From Fimbriosthenelais zetlandica (lineage: Eukaryota), in NCBI GenBank assembly GCA_977030845.1, contig OZ365117.1, positions 3,100,001 through 3,164,000 on the forward strand: DNA of 64,000 nt. The letters are read 5' to 3'. The translations under genes were made by a program, and so were the position numbers. Under the pieces are notes generated by a model. That model made no database searches. It saw only the letters and a list, made by a program, of their open reading frames with translations, and was not told the origin of the DNA. The first letter of the stretch is position 1. Each line of letters begins with the position of its first letter. Below are positions 1 to 12,200 of this stretch, piece by piece.

Positions 1-211
1 GACAAAAACAAAGATAAGAAATAAATATTTAGGAGCTGAACCCTCCATTGAATCAGCGAGGAAATGCTCAGCTTGAAATTCAACATAGAGTTCACTCCAA
101 GATGCAAGATAGAAATGCAGTTTGGGTTAGTTGGCTAACTAAGACTTTGTTATTTAAAATAATCGGGCGTTTTAAAGTTTTTTTTTGTTTTTTTCTGGGG
201 TTACCACCCAC

Positions 212-253
212 CTTCAGCTGCCTTTGGAGCGGCAGGTGCAGCAGTCTCCTTTT
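212..253 (-). CDS. 42-nt symmetric microexon (EKETAAPAAPKAAE), phase 1-1
   Basis: Acceptor tcttgctgtaaatag|AA, donor GAA G|gtgggt; GC-rich island with A/P/K/E peptide inside AT-rich intron. Confidence 0.7.
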
Positions 254-3200
254 CTATTTACAGCAAGAGATGGATCATAGTAATAAGCGATAAAACAAAG
301 ACGGGTTTTTGAAGAGAGAGAAAGAGAAAGAGAGGTCTTGAAAGAGAGTCATGGTACTTGTCTGTACAATGTTTGGGATTCTTCATAACTGCAATCCACC
401 CCTCCCTATTCACTTAGTGTCATGTATTGAGGTCTTTCAAACTAAATATAAATTGTAATGTTAAATCAATAAACAAATTTGGAATATTTACTGAATTTAT
501 CACAGAGAAAAGGGAGATTGCTGGTATAAATACCCCTGATTCTCCACCAAGACCAACTCTTTCATAAGGATATTTCCGTGGAATATATTTGACAGAATTA
601 GGGCATTTTAGTTTTGGGGAACTCTACTTCTTTTTCTATATATGTAACCCTAGGTATTCAGAACACAGATTCCTACATAGAACTCTGGATAATATTTACA
701 AAGCATAACATATTTCTTATTGTATGTCCATGCCTTGTTGAAGGTATGACTAAACAATAAGATAATAATAAAACTGCTGAGTGAAGCAAGGTGTACAGAT
801 CTTAATACTAAAGGTGTATAATTATCTAACATTGAATCTAACAAAGCCAACAGGTGGGCACATAGGTGCTTATCAAATGTATACTACACATCATGCATTT
901 TAAGAGAAACATATGTATACAATTCTATAGGCTCTAAAAGCCACAAGATTGAGATTAATATTTTACATAGTTTATTGGCAAATGTGAGGATATTTTTAAT
1001 TTAAATTTGCGGGAAGCAACTGCTTAAAGTTATGAGTTATGTTTATAGAACAACTAATAAAAGGAAGCAGAATATTTGGAATTCTAAACAACACTTTGAT
1101 GTCGAAAGTAACGCTATATTATTCAATTGAGGGAAGTTAATTGTTTCTGAGATCCATTAGGGACAATTTGTTAGTATATTTATATAGTAATTTTAGGGGT
1201 TTCTTACATTTTTACATTAAATGTTTCTTACATTTCTCTTTATAAAGTACAGAGTATACTTTTCTTATTGTATTTGTTACAAGTATCCAGAAAATGACAA
1301 AAATAAAGTTATTTTTAGGAAAATTATTAGCAGTTTCTTTTCTGAAAGTTTCCATATAGTGTGTCATACGTTTCGTCTACCTGTACATTGCTCTATATGT
1401 ATATACAATGTACCTAGGATAATAATAAAGCCTCCAGACTTACCAGTGACTGTGACGTTGGCCTCATGCACGGCCTCACCCGCGTTATTCTTCACCACAC
1501 ACTTGTAGACACCGGCTTGTTTCTGGGTAATCTTCTCAATGATGAGCACGCTCGAGTCAGGACGGGTCGTAATCCTTGACCTGAGTGTGGACACTACCTC
1601 AGTTTTATTGCTGAAAATAAACAGAAATTTACTATGAAATGTCCTGAGCAAATGGTTGAGCCAGTGGCAAAGAAGAAGCAAGCGAATAACAACAATCATA
1701 AGTGAAATTTGTGCATATATTTAGTGCATAAAAGTCTTGTAGACAAGCTTCATATGCAGGAATCACTGCAAGAATCACCAGGCAATGATCCCTGGTATGT
1801 TACCAATTAACTTACCAGGTCATTTGAAATATCTACTAGATATTCATGACTTGCAATCCTTGCAAAGTTTCATACCCATGTTTTCCTATGCCTGCCCACA
1901 GAGCAGGTTATCAAGATATGTAGCAATAAACTCGCCCTAACTTACCATGTCCAGGTGACCCTTGGTGGTGGTTTCCCTTTGAACTTGGTCTTCAGTTCAA
2001 GCTTAGTTGTTTCCATCAGAGACTGTATGGTACAAAGAAACAAAGCATTAAGGAAGTTCCGGATTAATTTCATGTTGTGTTGAACTACTCAATCAAAAGC
2101 TGTGGTTTTAACAGAAAAATTCAACTCACAATGTCCTCATAGGTCTCAGTGAAGACAGGAGCGCCCGGTCTCTTGGGTTTCTCCTCTGGTTTTTTCTCTG
2201 GCGTTTTCTCCTTGGGTTTCTCTGGAGACTTGTCTTTGGGTTTCTTCGTGTCTGCTGGTTTGACTTCCTCAGGTACAGCAGGTTCCGGCGTAGCCGGCTC
2301 CTTCACTGGCGATTTCTTCTTCATGGCTTCAGGTACCTTCTTCTCAGGTACCTTTTCTGGAGTCTTCTCTTTGGGTTTAGCTGCAGATAGGATCAATTGA
2401 TCAATTTTTCGTGTAGGAATTAGCTCAAGACAAAGGATTTCCACCTACATCTAAACATATCACAAATCTGAACTACAAGACATGAAGCATTTACATTCTT
2501 TACAGGATATATTATGTCAATCTAAAGACCTTACCAATGACTTTTAGCTTGGCGCTAGCACTCAGAGTGCCTTGGTTATTCGTTGCCTTGACGACAATCA
2601 GTCCAGCCTGTGACGTGGTGCACTCTTTCAGAGTGAGGCTGTACACTTGACCTTCACTGGTGTAGATGACCTTGTCTGAGGGGACAAGTTTCTCCTCGCC
2701 CTTGAACCATTCCACCTCTGGCGTTGGTTTACCAGAGACGGTGGTCTCAAAGCGAGCATCCTCCTGTTCCTTGATTTCTACATCATTAGGTTTCTTCAGG
2801 AACTTTGGCTTGTCCATTTTGGCTGTCACTTTTACATTGGCGTAGCAAGAATCTTCCCCTGCTGGATTTTTGGCGACAAATTTGTAGGCAGCTGCGTCTG
2901 CCTCTGTCAGTTCATCCAAGGTGAGCACAACATTCAGCTCTTGACGAACGTCCTTGAAGTCGACCTTGGTACGACTATCTGGTTTGAGAGGCTCATCATT
3001 CTTGAAGACTGTGATTTCTGGTTTGGGTGTACCCTTAGCTTGTGCTGCCAGTTTGACACCTTGACCCTCTTTGACATCTTTGTTCATGGGTTTCAGTGTG
3101 AATTTGGCGGGTTCCATCTTCTTACAGATGGTGACCTTGGATGAATGTTCACACTGACCAAACTTGTTTGTGGCCACTACTTTATACACGCCACTCATTT

Positions 3201-6200
3201 TCTCTGTCATACCCGCGATGGTGAGAGAACAGTCCTCTCCTTTACGAGCGACTTTATTTTTGAAGTTTGGTTTGAGCTCAGTGTCGTCACGGAACCATTT
3301 CACTTCCGGTTCCGGTTTACCTTTGACTTTAGTCTTCAAGATGAGAGTTTTCTTCTCTTCCAGTGTCTGAAGGAATTACATTAAAAATATGAAATGATCC
3401 ATCAACAATAATCATGAGTTAATTATAATAATTATTATGTTTTTTCTGCAATGTATCTACTGGCAAATGAGAATTTTGATTTCGTACTGGGCCATTAAAT
3501 TGAAAAGATAATTCAGAAGACTTTATAACATTTAATTTTGCTTTGTGTTGGTATTTCTTGATCAATATCAGTTATGAATAGCTTCAAGCTAATGTTATAC
3601 TTTTCTGTAAACGCACCGACGCTAAATAAAGTTTGAAATGAAATGAAATCTTTACCGTCTCTTCATAGACCTCTATGAACTCGGGTCCATTCCCTTCTTT
3701 CTTGATGACCTCAATTGTGGCCTTGGTGCGGATTTCTCCAAACGTGTTCTTGGCCACGACTTCATACTCTCCGATCTCCTCCACAGTGACTTGTGTGATC
3801 TCCAGGTAATGGACGTCATATCTGTAGGTGACGGTGAAGCGACCTTCTGATTTAACCTCTTTACCCTTGAAGAACCAGGTGACGTCTGGTGTGGGTTCAC
3901 CCAGGACCTGGCACGTCAGGGCAGCTGGTTCACCTTCGTTGACCTTGGTGGGTTGGGGTTTGATCACGAATTCTGGAGCTTCACCTTTAGGTTCTGGCTT
4001 TGGAGCTTCAGGTGTTGGTGCTGTTTCGACAACTGGAGCTTCTTCCACTGCAGGTGGTGAAGGCTCTTCTGGAACTGGTAGTGACAAGCAAAAACTGTTG
4101 TTGTTTACTGCAGAAAGTGTGTATCATATAATTTATATTCTCACAGAATGAGTCTTGTATTAGGTACTGTACTGCAAATCAACATAACACAAATTTATGG
4201 CATTTTCAAATCCTTACTTGGCCGTTCAACTTTGGCTTCTGTTGTGAGAGTAACTTATTTGTTAATAAGACCAAATCAACATTAAATAATGTCTTAATTT
4301 TAAATGTGGAGTGTTATATCTATAATTGCTTTGTCAACCAAATATATTAGAGGCACATATTTCCTTTGACACTGAACCGGAAGCCGAAACCGTAAATAGA
4401 AAGGAACCAGAGAACTGCATAAGCCGGACTGTCTGCTTAAATGTATGAATGGCGTTTCACATTTCGCTGAGATAAGTCTGCTCAGTCTCTTCGCTGCCTG
4501 GATTCTCCGTCTGTGGTCTAGCCAGTCTAGTCAATGCTTGTGAGATGTAAGTATATCTCGCATTACGATGATCTGTACAAGAAATTTCTTAGCTATCTCC
4601 AACTTTAATGAGTCTTAATGTCTATCTTAATGATGTCTATCTTAACTATCTTTAATAAGAATCTTACGCTAATCTATCATGTATTTCGTTAGAAACTTAT
4701 TATATGTTTCTTATTGGATTATTAAAGGAGGACTACACTATGAAGATCCAGGATTGTCAGAATCTACATGGAGCAGACATCCCATGTCCTCACTAAGGTA
4801 CTTACTCTCATCTTCTATGCCTTTAAACAAATATTTTTATCAGCTGCAATTATCTTTAAAATACTATGTAACTTCTAACTTAATTCTATGAATGTGTCTT
4901 AACAATGTTTAATCTAAAAATACTAAGTAACTTCTAACTTAATTCTATGAATGTGTCTTAACAATATTAAATGAACGGTACTATAAACTCCTTATATAAG
5001 TAGTGTCTTAAGAAGTAACTCTATGAAGGTATACTATACCAGTAGGACATTGCTTGAGGAGATAACATGATACACCTTGACCAGGGTGGTGGACAATGTC
5101 TAACAGTGAGCTCTAAACATGTCTACCAAGCGAACCAGTAACACCTGCATTATGGAGAAAGGTTAATGGACATTCAAAAATTCCTAAAAACTTCTCATTT
5201 TCCCCAATGTTAATAAAGTGAGAAATACTGAGATTTTTGGAATTTGTGAACAAGGAGTAATATGCAAACATCAAGCAATGCACTGGCAGTATGTCATGCA
5301 AAAAACGAGTGGGGTGAACAAGAGGGAAGAATAAAAACTTGACAAGCAAAGAACTTATAAAGGATGCAATTACATTTTAATATCTTTATTAATTAAACAA
5401 CAAGGATTGATTATAAATTCTAGGTGTAAGGTAAAGACATAACAATGTTGAACACATGTTACCTCTACAAAAACCAAATAGTACATTATATGGTCATCGG
5501 GCGCTAGGCATAAAGTATGAGAGCCCAGCCACCATGCTGTGACGTCAGTGATCAGGGAATTAATGGCTGTAACCACGTTTAAATGAAGCATCAGAAAATC
5601 ATGGGAATATTTCTACATGAAATACTACATAACATAAAACACACTACCGTACATACAGACACAACTTGATGAAAATAGGGATTTACATGTGTCATGCATT
5701 TTGGTATCAAACAAAGGGTGTGGTGGGATATCAGAATGAATACTCGTATATATACGCACACCATGCGATAACTAAGGTCGGGGTTTACAACATATAATAT
5801 AACCAACTAATACTAAAGGAATGTTGGCAAGTATAATGTCCATTTGTAACGCTCACTTTACATAGTCTGCTATAGTATATCATCACACAGGTTTACTTGA
5901 CGCAGCTCAACTTTTGCCCAGACTTTCATCTGGTGTATTTGTCAGATTAGGTTTCATAAGCTTGCTTTACTTTGCATCCATTAGATTAAAGCTAATGTAC
6001 AATTAATGCCGAAAGATAATGTTTGTTATAAGTCATTTATATGAAGACTTTGTGAGAAATTGTTTGCCGCGATATCCCAAGCATGATAGGCTATAAATAA
6101 ACTAATAAATCATTGACTTTGATAATATCAGACTTAGTAGCAATATATCTCTGTTTGTGACGAAAGCTAATATTGTCTTTATGTTAGATCATCTTATACA

Positions 6201-9200
6201 TAAGAAATACTTGTGATTATTTATAATGTCAGTATGCCAAGGCTGCCTGCATTTCTCGATTACAAATCAACTTCAGTTGATTGTAACTTCAATAAAATAA
6301 AAATAACTATGTTGATTGACGGTGATGCAGACGTAAGAGTATAAAGAGGAATATAAGTATAAGTATAACAATAATGAGGAGTAGTAGGAGGTTACTGGAA
6401 GCACCCAGCAGATTAACCATGAGAGCACTAGTTAGGGCGGAGTAAGCTAAAGCGGACACCGGAACCTTAGCAGGGGGTATACTACCCTCCTCGGTGACTT
6501 TACCTGAAAACAAGACACAGCAAAACCAATGTTCTTAATTATTAACATTCCTTACATTAATAACAAAGGTTCAACAGGGAAAAGTCAACATCAGGCTGGT
6601 TCTTCGACAATTAATTCACACATTGAGTATTGTATTTGCCGGTGCATAAGTCACCCATTTCTCCTGCTGTCCCTTAAGAAGTCTTAGTCTCTCACTTTCA
6701 AAAGTTTGTTTAGGGCCACATATAGACTAAAGAGTGACTTATATGCCGGCAGATACAGTATTTGAAAAGGAACACACAGAAGGTTAACCTAAGATTAACT
6801 TTAACAAAGAACAATTATACTTATGAAGATATCATGGAACTAATGTAACACAACAAAGCAAACTACCTTGGTCACAAGGTCCAATAAACATGCATAGATA
6901 AGATTACAAAATTTAAAACATTCAAACCTGGTAGGTTTTAGTACTAATATCAAGTAAGAGTAACACAATATTAAGGCTTATTTGGCATGCTTATGGTTTG
7001 AAAGCGGGATGGGGTAGTTAACCATTCTCAGGGAAATCGAATAAAGCAGGACTTTAGTTCAAATCAAGGCTGGAGCAGTCAGTCATGGGAACCCTAGTAT
7101 ACTACATCATGTGTAAAATGTTTACACATTTGTCACCTCCAGGAAAGTAGTTTAGAACTTACATGCATTTGGATAATTAATGTTAGAAAAATTCACACTG
7201 CTTAAAATGTAGACGCTCTTCTTAAATTCAGAAGTTCAAAATTGTAAATATAGTCACCAAATTGGCAGGCACCAGGATCAAGATGAATAACATTATTTCA
7301 GGCAATGCAACAGGAGCAGCTTGGCAGGTCAAGGACATCCAGCCCAATGTGAAGATTGACAAGGTCAGGGGAGGCACATTATTAACAAGAAACAATTCAT
7401 TCCCTACAAATTACTCAAACATTGTGGTTAGAATGTCGACATGTTTGTTTCCAGAGGAAAAGCAAAAACAAAAAACCTCCAAATACCCAGCATCCAGACC
7501 TTGGAAGCTTTCCCTGGGTTTTAGTGCATGCCTGAGATTAAGCGAGGTCTTACACAATGAATCTAGCCACATGAAGGGGTCTAATGGTTGTATGATTGTT
7601 CACTACTCTGACTCTTATATACATGATTACACCAGAGTTAATTGTGGACGGTAGGGTAGCAGGCAGGAGGTGGTGTCCCTGAACGGATGGCAGGTCTTAC
7701 CGGGAGAACCATGCATAGGAGAGCAGAGACGTAGAGTGGAGATAGAAAGACTAACAAACCTTGAAGGATCAGGTGAGCCTCTGAGATGGCTTCACCCGCT
7801 AAGTTTCTGGCTTGACACATATATGTCATCTCAGTGTCGTCAATCGTGACGTTGGTTATAGTCAGTTGAACGACATCCTCTTGTCGCATCATCTGGTATT
7901 TTTCTGAAGCACCTATGGCCATTCCTGATATCAGCCATTTTGTTTCTGGTTCTGGCTTGCCAGCGACGCGGCACTCAAGTGTCACGTCACTTTTCAATGT
8001 CACTGGGGTGTCCTTGAGAGGTTCAGTGAAGAGGGGAAGGACAAAGTCTATGGTAACATCAGCAGATGATGTGGTGGTACCAAAGTCGTTAGACACAACG
8101 ATGGTGTATTCTGCTGAGTCTTCTACGGTAGAGTAGGGGATCTCCAACGTAAAGGTCAGATCTTCTGTCTGACTCGTTCTGTAAGTAATCGCCAATATGA
8201 TTTGGAACATAAGGATGTTAAAAATTACCATCAGCATAAAGTTTTATAAATCTCATATATTGTATTAAATGGAGGGAATTAATGAAAAAAGTACAGCCAA
8301 ATTTCAGACGATTGGACACCGGACGATTGGACACTAGACCATTTGACACTAGACCATTGGACACTAGACCATTGGACACTAGACCATTGGACACTAGACC
8401 ATTGAACACTAGACCATTGGAGACCAGACAAAGACGGATGAGACTTACATGTATCTGTCACCAATGAGTTCCTGTTGCTGCCTCAGCCAAGTGACAGTCA
8501 CCTCTTGCTGACTGGAGACTTGACAGGTCAGTGTAATCGTCTGGCCAACAAAGACAGTGATAGACTCCAGGTATCGTACAAAGGTAGGAGCATCACCCGT
8601 GATGGCCTGAGAGTCGACCTGTACCAACAATGACACCTTAATATATCATCACAAATACACACCAATATATTCTCCTCAAAGTCCTTTTATTTATCTTTTT
8701 TATGGTTTTATGTTATGAGAATGTATAGAGTTTGAGGACATTGAAATGCATATTATCCTACCAAGGTATGAACTATACAGCTGCAGTTTATAATTATCTA
8801 AAACATGCAAGCTGCTTCTTGAAAATCATAAGGAGTTACTAGAAAACTTATAAGAATGAAATGCACTACTCGAACATAATATATCAAAGGCACTACAGTT
8901 TAAATAAATGATAATAAGCATAAATCATAAAAGTTAAAAGAAAATTGAAGTAAATGTCCAAAGCCTTAATCTAGATACTTATGAACTAAGCCTTAAAATT
9001 ATCTAAGAACCTTAAAGGAAATATAATTGATATTTATGTGATCAATAATATAATAAACTATTGTTAATTTATTAGTGCTTTTTCACACAATTTTCACACA
9101 ATTGTCATGAGGTGTTAAGGTTTTAATCATAATAAAACACATGATTAGTGAGTTTTATATATTACCAGATCTTTCTCGGAGCTGGTCTCTCGCTTGGCAG

Positions 9201-12200
9201 CCTCGATGGATTCCTCCACCAGGGATTGAGCGATCTCAGTCACATCAGGGGTAACTTCCGGTTCAGGGAGCACACTAGGTTTAGGTTCTACATCCTCCAA
9301 GGGGAGCACACCTTCTTCAGGGGCTTCCTCCATCAGGATGACTTCCCCTTCAACATGCTGGGGAGGTTCAGTGTCAGGTTTGGGGGTTTCAATCACTTTT
9401 TCAGTTTCAGTTGGTAATGTTAGTTCAATAGAATCGGCTTCATCAGCCTTTTCCTCTGGGATTGTCATAGTCAATGTTTCTTCTGTTGTCTCAGTCTGTT
9501 GTTCAGGCTGTGTTATTACCTCAGTAACAAACTCTTCTGTTTTCTCAGTTGGTTTCACCTCTAGAGGTTCTTCTGGTTTCACCAACAGTTGCTCAGTTGC
9601 TTCCTCTTCAAGTACAACCATCTGCACTTCTGGCACATCAGGCTCAACCTTCTCTGAAACAACTTCCTCAGGTATCTCTTTCTTTTCAGCCATTTTGACT
9701 TCAAGAGTCTTCTCTGGGGTTGTTGCTTCTTCTTGGATGGTAATTTCCTCTTTTGGTTCCTCTTTCAAAAGGATTTCTTCAGCCACTTGTACTTTCTCCT
9801 CAGGCTCTTTGTCTTTGATCTTTTCTGCCTCAGGGGCTTTTGACAAAGGAAGGGCTTCCTCTGTCACTTCCCCGAGCACTAATTCAACTGCTGCCTCCTC
9901 TACAACTTGAGGTGTTGGTTCTTTTAGTTCCTCCACTATTTCTCCTTCCTCTGTGAGTATTGTCTCATCAGTTGAGATCTCTTCTGCTTGTTTTACTGGG
10001 AGTATCATTTCAGCAGCCTCTTCAACAGTTGTTGGTTGTTCTGGCACAATTGGTTTTATTTCTGTCACTTCCTCAACAGACTCAACAGTTGCTGGTTCCA
10101 CTTTGAGTATCGTCTCATCAGTTGAGATCTCTTCTGCTTGTTGTAGTGGAAGTATCATTTCAGCAGCCTCTTCAACAGTTGTAGGTTCCTCTGAGACAAC
10201 TGGTTTTATTTCTTTCACTTCCTCAAAGCCTGTTTCATCAACAGACTCTTCAACAGTTGCTGGTTCCACTTTGAGTATTGTCTCATCAATTGAGACCTCT
10301 TCAGCTTGTTGTACTGGGAGTACCATTTCAGCAGCCTCTTTAACAGTTGTTGGTTCCTCTGGAGCAATTGGTACTACTTCTTCCACTTGTTCAAAGGTCG
10401 TTTCTTCCTCAGGTTTCACTTCCTGTACTGTTTCATCTGTTGAGATCTCTTCTGTTTGTTTTACTGGGAGTACCATTTCAGCAGCTTCTTCAACAGTTGT
10501 TGGTTCTTTTGGCTCAATTGGTTTTATTTCTTTCACTTCCTCAACAGACTCAACAGTTGCTGGTTCCACTTTGAGTATTGTCTCATCAATTGAGATATCT
10601 TCTGCCTGTTGTACAGGGAGTACCATTTCAGCAGCCTCTTCAACGTTTGCTGGTTCCACTTTGACTATTTCTTCTGCTTGTTTTGCTGGAAGCACCATTT
10701 CAGCGGCCTCTTGAACAGTTGTTGGTTCTTCTGTCACAATTGGTTTTATTTCGGTCACTTCCTCAACAGATTCAACAGTTGCTGGTTCCACTTTGAGTAT
10801 TGTCTCATCAATTGAGATCTCTTCTGCTTGTTTTACTGGAAGTTCCATTTCAGCGGCCTCTTCAACAGTTGTAGGTTCCTCTGAGACAATTGGTACTACT
10901 TCGCCCACTTGTTCAAAGGTCGTTTCTTCCTCAGGTTTCATTTTGTGTACTGTTTTATCGGTTGAGATCTTTTCAGCTTGTTTTACTGGAAGCACCATTT
11001 CAGCAGCCTCTTCAACAGTTGTTGGTTCCTCTGGCACAATTGGTTTTATTTCTGTCACTTCCTCAAAGCCTGTTTCTTCATCAGTTGCTGGTTCCACTTT
11101 GACTTTTGCCTCATCAATTGAGATCTCTTCTGCTTGTTTTGCAGGGAGTACCATTTCAGCGGCCTCTTCAACAGTTGTTGGTTCCTCTGACACAATTGGT
11201 TTTATTTCTGTCACTTCCTCAACAGACTCAACAGTTGCTGGTTCCACTTTGAGTATTGTCTCATCAATTGAGATCTCTTCAGCTCGTTTTACTGGAAGCA
11301 CCATTTCAGCGGCTTCTTCAACAGCTATTGGTTCCTCTGGCGCAATTGGTACTACTTCTTCCACTTGTTCAAAGGTCGTTTCTTCCTCAGGTTTCACTGC
11401 CTGTACTGTTTTATCTGTTGAGATCTCTTCTGCCTGTTTTACTGGGAGCACCATTTCAGCAGCCTCTTCAACAGTTGTTGGTTCCTCTGACACAACTGGT
11501 TTTATTTCTTTGATATCATCAAGAACTGTTTCTTCTTCTGGAACCTCTAATACTTTTTCTTCCACTGCTACAAGTTCAGCTGGCCTCTCTGGTGATTGTG
11601 ATTTGTCAATCAATTCCTCTTGAACAACAGGTTCTTCCGGTAGCTCCTTTTGCAGTACTATCTGCTCTGTTTCTTGAATAAGTGTTTTCTCCTCTGGATG
11701 TTCAACAACAGACTCTGTAGCATCCTCAAATATTTCCTCTTCTTCTTCCACTGTTTCTTCAGGCATTTCTTCCTCAGTTATTTCAGCCTTGAGAGGTGTT
11801 GCTGGCTCTGTTATCTTCTTTTCCACTGGCCTTTCTTCTGGAAGTGCCTTATCAAGAACCACTTCAACCACTTGTGTCTCTCCAGTTTCCAGGGCAGGTT
11901 CTAAAGGCAATATATCTTCAGCTTCCACAAATATTTCCTCTTCCTCAGGCACTTTCTTCACTAATATTTTCTCTTCTGCTGAAACAGACTCTTCCACCTT
12001 TTCAGGTGATATTGGGAGTTCTTTCTCAACTGATACTTCTTCTGAAATTCCTTTATCAAGCTTCTTTTCCACATCTTGAACAACTTCTACCTTTCCATGA
12101 ATTTCTGTTATTAGTTCCTCAGGTTGTTCAAATGTTTCAGCTGCTTCTTCTGTTGCTTTAAATAATTCAGATGGTTCATCTTCTGATAATTTCTCTGTGG

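Noticed and set aside
8218-8467. Three short ORFs with VSNGL / SSVQW / DTRPL repeats
   Set aside because: Translations of the 15-bp intronic minisatellite; not CRISPR (no spacers, eukaryotic intron).
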